Of a DNA stretch of 32,701 nucleotides, positions 24,142 to 32,701 are shown in pieces. The notes under the pieces were generated by a model. It searched no databases, had not been told where the DNA came from, and saw nothing but the letters and a program-made list of their open reading frames with translations. The DNA comes from a virus. Its lineage: Duplodnaviria; Caudoviricetes. The position numbers were made by a program, and so were the translations under genes. The stretch lies in the IMG/VR virus record IMGVR_UViG_3300038334_000130; one strand, 5' to 3'. Positions within the stretch are counted from its first letter, which is position 1, and the number at the start of each line of letters is the position of its first letter.

Positions 24142-26260
24142 AGTCCGCCTGGAGAACGGCCAGCTAAAGGTCGCGACGAAAGAGAGCCAGGAAGAAATAA
24201 AGGACTTTGCAAAAGAAACCGAGAAGGCCGGGAAGAAAAGTAAATCGGCCTTTGCCGGTATTGCCGACGGCGTGAATATTGCCAAGGCCGCTGTCGCGGG
24301 ATTCCTTGCCCTTGGTTTTATTAAAAGTCTGTATGATTTTGCCAAGGGGGCTCTTACCAGCTCCGCTGCCATGGAGAAGCATACCATCGCCCTAGGAACC
24401 ATGCTGGGGTCGGCTGAAAAGGCAAAGTCTCTCCTGGGAGACCTTAAGAAATTTTCAGCGGCCACGCCTCTGCAGCTTCCCGGCCTGGTGGAAAATACCA
24501 AACAGCTCATCGCCTTCGGTACCGCCCAGAAGGATGTGATCCCTACTCTCCGGAACCTTGGAAACGCCGCTCAGGGGAACGAGGAAATCCTCGGTCGTCT
24601 CACCTTAGCCTATGGGAAATTGCAGGCCAAGGGTAAAGCCTCCATGGAAGAACTGAACATGTTCACCGAAGCCGGGGTCCCGCTCATGAAGGCCCTGGCA
24701 GAGCAGTATAATGTATCCACACAGGAACTGTACAAAATGGTGGAAACAGGGAAGGTTGCTTTTCCCGATGTCAAGAAAGCCTTGGAGGATATGACCAACG
24801 GGTCCGGTCAATTTGCTGGTATCATGGAAAAACAGGCCCAGTCCCTGGGAGGCCTCTGGTCTACGCTGAAGGACAATATAGGCTTGGCCATGCAGGACAT
24901 CGGCGACAACATGGCGCCGAACTTCAAAAAGCTCATCAACGCATTATCTGAATCCAGTATTGTGCTGCCGGGCATTATTAAGATGTTTTCCATGGTGGGA
25001 ACGGTCATCGGTAAGCTGGCCGGGGCTATTGCCATGGCAATTGAAGGTGTTGAATCTATAGGCCGGGCTCTGAGTGCGAAAAATCGTGCAAAAGAAATTG
25101 ATCAGCTGGATAGCAGTATGCAGCGCCTTCAGCAGCGCATGAAGGCGGAACCAAAAAACGCTGAAGTATTAAAAAACGCCTACGATGGACTCAAGAAGAA
25201 ACTGCTCGAGGCTCGCATTGAGACAGAAAAATACCGGATGAAGCTGAATGAGGAGCGACCGAATAATGCTCTGAAGGATTTAAATTCATATTCGGATATG
25301 CTCAAGGATGTTGCGTTAAGCGAGGACCAGGCATCGGCTGCAGCCCTTAAACGCCGGGAAATTGCAGAGAAGGGACATGCCCAGTCATTGATGAAGATCG
25401 CCGCGATAGAAGAGGAGAATAAAAAGCGTAAAGAACTTATTGCTACTTGGGAGAAGGAACTGGCTCTACTCAACGGACAATCGGGAATAATAACCAGGGA
25501 TGTGGATATACGTGTTTCTAGTGGTGGGGATACTGGACAATCCGAGGCTGAAAAGCTGGCCGAGGAATATGCTCAGAAAAAGGCGTTATTGGATGAATTC
25601 AATTTTTATGAACTTTCTCAGCATGAATTTATGCAGCTGAAAAAGAATGAACGAGAGACACAGGCCGTAAACTATTATGAACAGGTCCTCCGGGCCAAAC
25701 TCGGCCTTGACAGCCGGTACGCCCAGGGGCTTGCCACGGTGACCAGCACCGCGTCAACGTTCATGGCTCAGGAAAATATAGGGCTTTTCCGATTTGGGCA
25801 GGGGCTGGCAATAGCAAAGGCGACACAGGATACCGCCTCCGGCATAATGAAAACCTGGGCACAGTGGGGGTGGCCCCTCGGTCTCGTAGGTGCTGGCATT
25901 GTCGGTGCTGCCGGAGCGTTGAATATCGCGGATATTGCCAAACAGAAACCGCCACAACCTCCTGCGCAGAAGGTTAAAATTGAAACACCGGTCCTGGAGA
26001 CAGGAGCATTTATTAAGGGGAGTTATGCCGGAACAATGGTCACTGTAGCGGAAAAAGGAAAGAGCGAGGCGGTGATTCCATTTGAGAATGATGAGTACAT
26101 GAACAAATTCCGGGAAGCTATGATGCTAGGAGGGATAAATATTTATATATCGGGTAATTTGATCGATTCCCAGAACCTGCTTGAATTGGTCGATACGCTG
26201 CAGGATGAGCGAGCTCGTAACATGGGCGCGACAAAATATACACTGAAAACAGCTTATTAG
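24116..26260 (+). CDS. Tape measure protein (714 aa)
   Basis: Tape-measure N-domain (MLGSAEKAK.LL.DLKKFSAATPLQL, GKASMEELN), Ala/Gly-rich helices, AEKGKSEAVIP. Confidence 0.93.
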   Translation: MADQVLQLEVRLENGQLKVATKESQEEIKDFAKETEKAGKKSKSAFAGIADGVNIAKAAVAGFLALGFIKSLYDFAKGALTSSAAMEKHTIALGTMLGSAEKAKSLLGDLKKFSAATPLQLPGLVENTKQLIAFGTAQKDVIPTLRNLGNAAQGNEEILGRLTLAYGKLQAKGKASMEELNMFTEAGVPLMKALAEQYNVSTQELYKMVETGKVAFPDVKKALEDMTNGSGQFAGIMEKQAQSLGGLWSTLKDNIGLAMQDIGDNMAPNFKKLINALSESSIVLPGIIKMFSMVGTVIGKLAGAIAMAIEGVESIGRALSAKNRAKEIDQLDSSMQRLQQRMKAEPKNAEVLKNAYDGLKKKLLEARIETEKYRMKLNEERPNNALKDLNSYSDMLKDVALSEDQASAAALKRREIAEKGHAQSLMKIAAIEEENKKRKELIATWEKELALLNGQSGIITRDVDIRVSSGGDTGQSEAEKLAEEYAQKKALLDEFNFYELSQHEFMQLKKNERETQAVNYYEQVLRAKLGLDSRYAQGLATVTSTASTFMAQENIGLFRFGQGLAIAKATQDTASGIMKTWAQWGWPLGLVGAGIVGAAGALNIADIAKQKPPQPPAQKVKIETPVLETGAFIKGSYAGTMVTVAEKGKSEAVIPFENDEYMNKFREAMMLGGINIYISGNLIDSQNLLELVDTLQDERARNMGATKYTLKTAY

Positions 26261-26271
26261 GTAGATAAACA

Positions 26272-28602
26272 ATGATTATTCATAATGATGATAAGATAAA
26301 AATTGAATATAATGAGCAGTTTAACAGCAGCGCAATCCCTCAGAATGCTGTGGGAGCCACTGCATCGACCACTCTCCGGACGCTGGATTTTACGCCATCT
26401 AATGACAATGCCATATTTGTGAGTAAAACTGGTAGCGACAGCGGTGTGGGAACACTGGCTGATCCGGTTCTGACAATAAATAGGGCCAACGAACTGGTTG
26501 ATGTGACGCATGCCAGGATAGTTATTCTGGATTCAGAGAATTATAATATTTATTACTTAAAAACTAATGAGAATCTAGCTGGTATGTATGCAGCAATTGG
26601 CGAGACACCAACACTCAGCATGACTGGTGTGAATGCCGTTATCGGAAGAACGCTTTATAGTCAAAATGAATACTCTCCGGGGCTGGCAGCGTGTTATCTC
26701 TCCGATGGTAATCTTTTCCTGTTATGGCATCCAAGTGAACAAGGTTATCTAACGTTTCGTGTTGTCGATAAAGATGACTTTTCTGATATTATTGCTCCTA
26801 CTACGATTCCTATTTATACATATAATGACGAGAATTTTGCATGCTGTCTGACAGCTGATGGGAATGTTTTTGTGATTCACAATCAAGACAACTATATGCA
26901 TTACCTGGTTATAAGCACCACGACATGGCAGGTGATTTATGACTCGGGTTCGTTAGAATATTATCACTATAACAAACCAGTGCTCTTAGATAATGGAAAT
27001 ATTCTTCTTATCACATATTATGCAAATGGTACCAATAATGGTATGTACTATGCGATTATCAATGGATCTACGTACGCTCTGGGTTCTTTAACATTGATTA
27101 AGGTGGGTGTATCGGCAAGAGCCGTGGCGATTGATCCTGACGGCAACATCTCTATTGTGTATGGAGACGGCTCTACATATTCAAATCCTGTCATATATTA
27201 TCGAAAATACACTCAGGCCATGGTTGCAGTTGTGGGTGAGACATTGCTTTCTTCAAGTGGCATGTTTGTGTGGGGGCTGGCTACATGGGATGATTATATG
27301 GTTCTCATGTATACTAAAGCAATGACAACAGATATTTTAGCAATATACTATAAAATTATAAACTCATCGTATCTGGAAGTATATCCGGAACGAAGTGTTA
27401 CGACTGGAGCACTCAGGCTCGCGATTGATGTGATGCCAAGAATATGCGCGAGTGGTTATGGCACGTTCGCTTTAGTATGGAATGAGGCACTTTCTGGTGC
27501 AGGCGATGGACCAGTATACTACTGTGTTGGGCGGATGATACCTGCATATGTGATATCACAAAGCGATTTGAAATATGATGGTTTTAAAATTACCGTACCA
27601 ACGGCAGAAGCTGGAATGGAGCGACTATTTTTGCAAGGTGGCGATTTAACGATTAAGCATACCACTGTACATGATATCCCTGAGTTTTCAACAGGAAATT
27701 GTATGGCTCTCACGCTTAACAAAGGGAGGCATGCATTTACATTTCAGAATGTCCTTATGAGGAAAAATATCCTGAACATGCTCCTGGAGTCGGATGATGT
27801 TATTGTTAATCAGTCCATATTTTTCGCAAACCGTAAAAATCCGTCCCTTGAAATCGATGGCGCCGGAGCGGGAATTAGCCTAACTAAAAATACCTTCTTC
27901 AATAACTATGGCGCGATAAAGCTTTTGAATAACGACGGAAATGAAATTGTTAATGACTCGATATTCCACGACAACCTCAATTATGATGTGAACGCAGAAA
28001 CAGCCCTGACTGTAAATAATAGTATTTCCACTGGCCTCATGATCGTTGCTGTGCTCAATTTCGCGAACTGCCTGCAGGCCGATCCCCGATTCATTAATGA
28101 TGGATTCATTGATGAAAATGATCTGAATGTCGATATCCGACTTAGAGTCCTGGGATATCCCTGTGATTCTCCGGCGTATAAATTTGCCTCGGACGGGGAA
28201 AACTCCGGCGCCATTGATGTTCTATATAACTATGTGGCATCCACCTATGATACATGTCTCATACAAAAGCCGGAGAAGTTCATTGTTGAATACCGTCCTG
28301 TGGGGGCCGTTAAAAACATCATGATTGATGGCACGGTGAACACGGCCAAGCAGGGGCAGATTATAGCGATCATTGCGGAATGGAAAGGCATACTGGAAGA
28401 GGACTGGGAGAGCCTGCATGACGTATGGCTGAAAGGAAAAATGGTGCGGTTGTATCCTGATCCTATTACCCATCCGGAACAGTACAGGGCGATGAGGATT
28501 GAATTCTCGAACATCCAGGGAAGTACGGATTATTACGGGCTGGATGGTGACGGGAAGCAGAACATAAAAATGGTGTTCGCGGCCAGGTATCTCGATGTAT
28601 AA
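26272..28602 (+). CDS. Tail tip protein: pectin-lyase-like beta-helix with propeller-like insert and C-terminal Dit-like domain
   Basis: IFVSKTGSD..GT.ADP..TI..A beta-helix cap; Asn-ladder repeats; ADPRF; position after the tape measure gene. Confidence 0.65.
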   Translation: MIIHNDDKIKIEYNEQFNSSAIPQNAVGATASTTLRTLDFTPSNDNAIFVSKTGSDSGVGTLADPVLTINRANELVDVTHARIVILDSENYNIYYLKTNENLAGMYAAIGETPTLSMTGVNAVIGRTLYSQNEYSPGLAACYLSDGNLFLLWHPSEQGYLTFRVVDKDDFSDIIAPTTIPIYTYNDENFACCLTADGNVFVIHNQDNYMHYLVISTTTWQVIYDSGSLEYYHYNKPVLLDNGNILLITYYANGTNNGMYYAIINGSTYALGSLTLIKVGVSARAVAIDPDGNISIVYGDGSTYSNPVIYYRKYTQAMVAVVGETLLSSSGMFVWGLATWDDYMVLMYTKAMTTDILAIYYKIINSSYLEVYPERSVTTGALRLAIDVMPRICASGYGTFALVWNEALSGAGDGPVYYCVGRMIPAYVISQSDLKYDGFKITVPTAEAGMERLFLQGGDLTIKHTTVHDIPEFSTGNCMALTLNKGRHAFTFQNVLMRKNILNMLLESDDVIVNQSIFFANRKNPSLEIDGAGAGISLTKNTFFNNYGAIKLLNNDGNEIVNDSIFHDNLNYDVNAETALTVNNSISTGLMIVAVLNFANCLQADPRFINDGFIDENDLNVDIRLRVLGYPCDSPAYKFASDGENSGAIDVLYNYVASTYDTCLIQKPEKFIVEYRPVGAVKNIMIDGTVNTAKQGQIIAIIAEWKGILEEDWESLHDVWLKGKMVRLYPDPITHPEQYRAMRIEFSNIQGSTDYYGLDGDGKQNIKMVFAARYLDV

Positions 28603-30448
28603 CATATCGGTCATAAAAAACGGCGTCTCGCATGTGATTCCGGAGTCGGACGTTATCAAGGTCCAGCGCCGGGATTCCGAGACCATCAGCTTTAATTTCA
28701 CGAATATGATATCCGCGACGATGTCCGTTATCCTGGACAACGCCGAACACAAATATGATGATGATTACGAGGGAACGCTGTTTTATTCCGGCTGGTATGA
28801 TGCGACGCTGCTTATCAGCGATGAGCTGGATGATGTCATCTGGCGCGGCCGCATAAAAAATATTGAGAAAAGCACCAACGCCCAGTTGGTGGTAAAATCG
28901 GCAAACTTCATCAAGGAGATCGTTGATGCCGATTGTTCCATTTCGTATGGCGTTGAAACGGATATCACCCCGGCAAAAATAATTTATTATCTGCTTACCA
29001 GTATCGTTAATATTCCAGAAGAGTTTCTGAAGCTAAAAACATTTGAAGATGCCGATGATATCCAGACTGAGAATAGCTGTTTTGTTGAAATTAAATACTC
29101 CGAAGAGTCCACGAAAAAATGTGGGTCAATTATAAAGGAACTATGCCGCCTTACCAGCTCTTATCTGTACATTGAGAACGACATCATTCGGTACCACCAG
29201 GACAGGCTGTATACCGGTGTACTGGGGGAACATGTCAGGGAATCGGACATCAGGGAGGCCGGGTATAAGACGGAATATTATACTGATGATATCAGCAACA
29301 ATTATTATATCGCATATAAAAACGTAACGGCAGTGGCATATGCGAACCCCGGCACAATTGAGGATTATATTCAGGAATCACGGGATGCCTATGGATCAAA
29401 AACATTCCGCGTTCCTGATGATGATATGGATTCAGCTCTCGCCGCGGATTTTAGAATTTTATTAAAAACACAGGCGGGGGCAGCGTGGTGTGGTAGCTGT
29501 AAAATAGAGAGGAACCATCAATTCCTACAGCTGGCGACGATTGAACTGAATGGAGAAAAACAGTATATACCGCTCAATAGTCAAATAGACCTTACTTATA
29601 ACAGTTTTAGCCGGGAGCCGCTCCGGGTCATCGAAAAAAAGCCTGATAAAGATAATAACCGGGTAACGATGAAGTGCCTGTTTCTCAATAAGCCTTACAG
29701 ATTTATTGACAGGGATATTACGCCACCAGTACCGGTTGAGATAGTGAAGGCCTGTTTTCTCGACGAGGACACGGTCCGAATATGGTTCTTCCCTTCGGTA
29801 TCCAGTGACGCGACCCGGTATGAACTGGAGATCGGCGAGCACGAGGGTTTTTATGATGAGATCACTAGTCAGGGGCTCAGTCCGGTTATCCTTGATCCCG
29901 AAGAAGACGTGATACTGTACTATGCCGATATATCGGGCCTTGTTAAAAACCAGTATTACATGCGTATCATCTGCTATGATAATAAAATGAATGAATCACT
30001 TCCCTCGAATGTGTTTTCTGTCCTGCGGGTTGAGGATGCCGAAGATTACGAGTCGCGCTACAGGATCGACGGGGATGTCTTTTTGGGCGTATCGTCACTA
30101 CTGAACAGACAGACCGGCGATGTTCTCCCTGAAGAGTTTGTGAGATATGATGATGTCAACTACAGCGACGGAGTGTATGGGTATCATTCGGTGTATTATA
30201 GCAGGCCGTTCGGGTCGGCAAAGGGGTTTGATACATTGAAATTTAAGGCCGGGACTCTATATTTACAGAAGGTTTATATTCAGTATCGGGAACTGCTCAA
30301 TGGAGTTTTCCAGGCCTGGAGCGGTGTGTTTTCCAGTGATAATATTATCATGGTGAAATGCAACGGCGAGCGCCGGATTCAGTTGCGGTATTTGATTGGC
30401 GGGAATGACATAAATATAACTCTGAAAGAAGTGCGGGAGGTGGCATAA
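28595..30448 (+). CDS. Tail hub/Tal-like structural protein with FN3-like domain
   Basis: SVILDNAEHKY, IWRGRI; DITPP...W..S.SSDATRYEL...YYMRI.CYD..NES.PSN. Confidence 0.7.
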   Translation: MYNISVIKNGVSHVIPESDVIKVQRRDSETISFNFTNMISATMSVILDNAEHKYDDDYEGTLFYSGWYDATLLISDELDDVIWRGRIKNIEKSTNAQLVVKSANFIKEIVDADCSISYGVETDITPAKIIYYLLTSIVNIPEEFLKLKTFEDADDIQTENSCFVEIKYSEESTKKCGSIIKELCRLTSSYLYIENDIIRYHQDRLYTGVLGEHVRESDIREAGYKTEYYTDDISNNYYIAYKNVTAVAYANPGTIEDYIQESRDAYGSKTFRVPDDDMDSALAADFRILLKTQAGAAWCGSCKIERNHQFLQLATIELNGEKQYIPLNSQIDLTYNSFSREPLRVIEKKPDKDNNRVTMKCLFLNKPYRFIDRDITPPVPVEIVKACFLDEDTVRIWFFPSVSSDATRYELEIGEHEGFYDEITSQGLSPVILDPEEDVILYYADISGLVKNQYYMRIICYDNKMNESLPSNVFSVLRVEDAEDYESRYRIDGDVFLGVSSLLNRQTGDVLPEEFVRYDDVNYSDGVYGYHSVYYSRPFGSAKGFDTLKFKAGTLYLQKVYIQYRELLNGVFQAWSGVFSSDNIIMVKCNGERRIQLRYLIGGNDINITLKEVREVA

Positions 30449-31368
30449 TGGCCGCGTGGGATAAATTGTTGAGCATTTTAGGTATGACGGACCGAGTCGC
30501 GCATGTTGATAGCAACAGCGTCGATGATTATAACATGATGAAAAACGCGTTTCAGGAATTGTGCGGGGACGGGAGTGCTCCTCCGAGCAGGAACCTTAAA
30601 GAAATAAATGATACTATTGATGAATTTGCTGTAATTATTGGGCAAACAATCATGTATGATGGTATTGATGATCCTGATAATTTTTTTCTGTGTGATGGTG
30701 CTGCTTATTCGAGGGAAACCTACACGTTGTTATATAACAGAATTACAAAAAGCAAAGGATCATGTACTATTAGCATCGCATCTCCGGCAGTGGTCACACT
30801 TAACGCTCATGGTCTCCAGACCGGGGCCCGTATCGAATTATCGACAACAGGGGCACTGCCTACTGGGATCACAGCATATACCAATTATTATATAGGCCGG
30901 ATTGATGATAATACATTTTATCTCTATGATACATATGTAAATGCAGTTGCAGGAGGAACGACCGGGCGGATTAATACCAGTGGATCACAGTCGGGAACCC
31001 ATACTCTCCGATATGTGCCCCATGGGACACCTAATTCGACTGAATTTTATGTGCCAAACCGACAGGGTGTGGTTTCTAAAGGAGTTGGCTCTCAGATGAT
31101 AAACGGTCGTGTCAAAACAGGGCCGGGTTTTGGTGGGGTGGAGGAAGACCGGTTCCAAAAATTCAAAATGGATGTTGGGGTCGCGCCATTATATACAAGA
31201 ACTGTTTCGCTTGCAGCAGGAGCGACTTCGGTGTATGTCTATGACGGTACTGGAACGAAGAAGTATATTGATATTTTTCTTGATGATGGAACAAACGGAA
31301 CACCGCGTACAGGTACGACAACGCGGGAAAACTCACTCGGAACGAAATTCTATATCAGGTATCAATAG
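30448..31368 (+). CDS. Tail fibre with tail-collar domain
   Basis: IGQTIMY, FFLCDGAAYSRETYTLLY, FYVPNRQG, C-terminal GTPRTG.TTR. Confidence 0.85.
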   Translation: MAAWDKLLSILGMTDRVAHVDSNSVDDYNMMKNAFQELCGDGSAPPSRNLKEINDTIDEFAVIIGQTIMYDGIDDPDNFFLCDGAAYSRETYTLLYNRITKSKGSCTISIASPAVVTLNAHGLQTGARIELSTTGALPTGITAYTNYYIGRIDDNTFYLYDTYVNAVAGGTTGRINTSGSQSGTHTLRYVPHGTPNSTEFYVPNRQGVVSKGVGSQMINGRVKTGPGFGGVEEDRFQKFKMDVGVAPLYTRTVSLAAGATSVYVYDGTGTKKYIDIFLDDGTNGTPRTGTTTRENSLGTKFYIRYQ

Positions 31369-31380
31369 GGAAGAGACATA

Positions 31381-31626
31381 ATGCAGGACGATATATTAAA
31401 ACTCTGGCCTGTGATTCTCTCTGTGGTGGGCCTCATTGTATGGCTTGTTCGCTTGGAAATGAAGGTGCGATTTGCTGAACAGAATATCATCAAACTTAAT
31501 ATGGACAACAGAAAACAGTTCGAAGGACTGGCGAGTAGTTTGGAAAAATTCAGCTGCACAACACTGGAGCTTTCACAAAGCATATCTGAATTAAAGGGTA
31601 TTATATCAGAAATGAGGAGAGGGTAA
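31381..31626 (+). CDS. Single-TM coiled-coil protein, holin/XhlA-like candidate
   Basis: LWPVILSVVGLIVWLVRLE then coiled coil; position after the fibre gene. Confidence 0.6.
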   Translation: MQDDILKLWPVILSVVGLIVWLVRLEMKVRFAEQNIIKLNMDNRKQFEGLASSLEKFSCTTLELSQSISELKGIISEMRRG

Positions 31627-31628
31627 AT

Positions 31629-31859
31629 GTGGAGAAGATTGAGCGTTTATACGTCTATCTTAAAAGTACATATTTTCTGCTCATTGCTCGTTATAGAGGC
31701 AATGTGGATCAAAAGACAATGGAAGAGATTGGCAAAAAAACGGGGACATGTGTCAGGTCAGCTATTGATGAAGCCCTACAGAATCCCTTCTATGACGACA
31801 AAGAAGATCGTGACGGAGCCTTCAGCGCATTCAAACGCGGTCTGAATGCAGTAGAATAG
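31629..31859 (+). CDS. Hypothetical protein
   Basis: GTG after gaggagaggg; fills the gap to the peptidase gene. Confidence 0.55.
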   Translation: MEKIERLYVYLKSTYFLLIARYRGNVDQKTMEEIGKKTGTCVRSAIDEALQNPFYDDKEDRDGAFSAFKRGLNAVE

Positions 31860-31875
31860 TGATCAGAGGTGTGCT

Positions 31876-32469
31876 ATGAATAATAGGGTCAAATACAATT
31901 CACAGCGTGATAATATCAACTTCGGAGGGAAGTTCCCAGGATTCTGGCAATGTTTCAGCACCTGCAGCTGGATGCTCATATCATTCATGGCCGGGACATC
32001 TCCGGGTGATGACGGACTGGCCCTGTATCTTGATGATGTTGAAGTATCCATCGGAAAGCCTGGTGTCGGAGAGATAATCAGGAGGAAATATAACTGGATC
32101 AAAGGTCATACGTCTTTCTGGTGGCTGGTTCAGCAGGCCGGAATAGAAAAATGGTTAAAGGACTTTGGGGTAGGAGGCAGAGCGGTTTTTCGGGACATGG
32201 ATATAGGCTTCAATTCCATAAGGGATTTGCTTGAATCCGGTCCGATCATCTTGGGGACGAATAAAATCGGAGGCCTGCCGGGAGGGCACATTATTCTGGT
32301 TACCGGATACACTGATAAGGGTTTCATAGTCAATGATCCCTATGGGGATGCGTTGACCGGGTATAATTCAGACAACGGTGATTCGGTGGTTTATCCGGAT
32401 GAATACCTGAAGAAATACTCTGCCGATAATGGCAGAATTCGATGTTTGTATTGGAGGAGTAATGGCTAA
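31876..32469 (+). CDS. C39-like papain-fold cysteine peptidase, endolysin candidate
   Basis: YNSQRDN, QCFSTC (Cys), GGHIILVTGY (His), VNDPYG (Asp). Confidence 0.88.
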   Translation: MNNRVKYNSQRDNINFGGKFPGFWQCFSTCSWMLISFMAGTSPGDDGLALYLDDVEVSIGKPGVGEIIRRKYNWIKGHTSFWWLVQQAGIEKWLKDFGVGGRAVFRDMDIGFNSIRDLLESGPIILGTNKIGGLPGGHIILVTGYTDKGFIVNDPYGDALTGYNSDNGDSVVYPDEYLKKYSADNGRIRCLYWRSNG

Positions 32470-32701
32470 AAAAAACGAAGTAGATAATAAGTGGGAGTTT
32501 CTTGATAAACTGCTTGGTTATACCAGGAAACACTGGTGGAAAGTTGTATTGATCTTGTTGGCCGCAGGCGTTGCGTTCTCCGGCTGGAAGTGCCCGACCC
32601 CCTGGGGAACAATTGAAAAAACAAAGGTCTATGAGCGGGAACGTAGAGAGGGTAAATATAATTATCCTTCTGGGCCAGTCATGGATCCGCGAGGTTACTG
32701 A
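32462..32701 (+). CDS. Small single-TM protein in the lysis module (holin/spanin candidate)
   Basis: ggagga RBS, ATG 32462; WWKVVLILLAAGVAFSGWKC; TGA at the window end. Confidence 0.65.
   Translation: MAKKNEVDNKWEFLDKLLGYTRKHWWKVVLILLAAGVAFSGWKCPTPWGTIEKTKVYERERREGKYNYPSGPVMDPRGY

Larger units (their letters stand above)
1..32701. mobile_element. Temperate tailed phage / prophage (siphovirus-type, non-contractile tail), ends not visible
   Basis: Contiguous repressor, early, replication, methylase, terminase, portal, capsid, tail and lysis genes; tail tube, chaperone frameshift and tape measure present, no sheath gene; no host housekeeping genes. Confidence 0.95.

Noticed and set aside
30448-31368. 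DGR target or invertible tail-fibre cassette
   Set aside because: No reverse transcriptase, template repeat, invertase or duplicated fibre end seen in the window

Overview
The window is almost entirely one temperate siphovirus-type (pro)phage with a lambdoid gene order. It runs: AT-rich accessory cassettes (1-3000), an immunity switch (XRE repressor vs divergent RHH gene), early genes, an fMet-like tRNA(CAT), a solo TopoVI-A/Spo11-like gene, a replication initiator with internal iterons, C5 and N6A methyltransferases, morons, TerS/TerL/portal/scaffold/capsid, neck and tail (with a -1 frameshifting chaperone), tail tip/fibre, and a lysis-like module with a C39 peptidase. No integrase or att site is visible; they probably lie outside the window. 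The most striking unannotated signal is that the accessory genes downstream of the repressor are separated by two diverged direct copies of the repressor's own 3' end (994-1053, 1946-1990 vs 3052-3111). This gives a cassette array of candidate defence/regulatory modules (CPCCG peptide + 4TM protein; DUF5678-like + retropepsin; 2TM + secreted protein). All family assignments come from motif recognition by eye; no searches were run.
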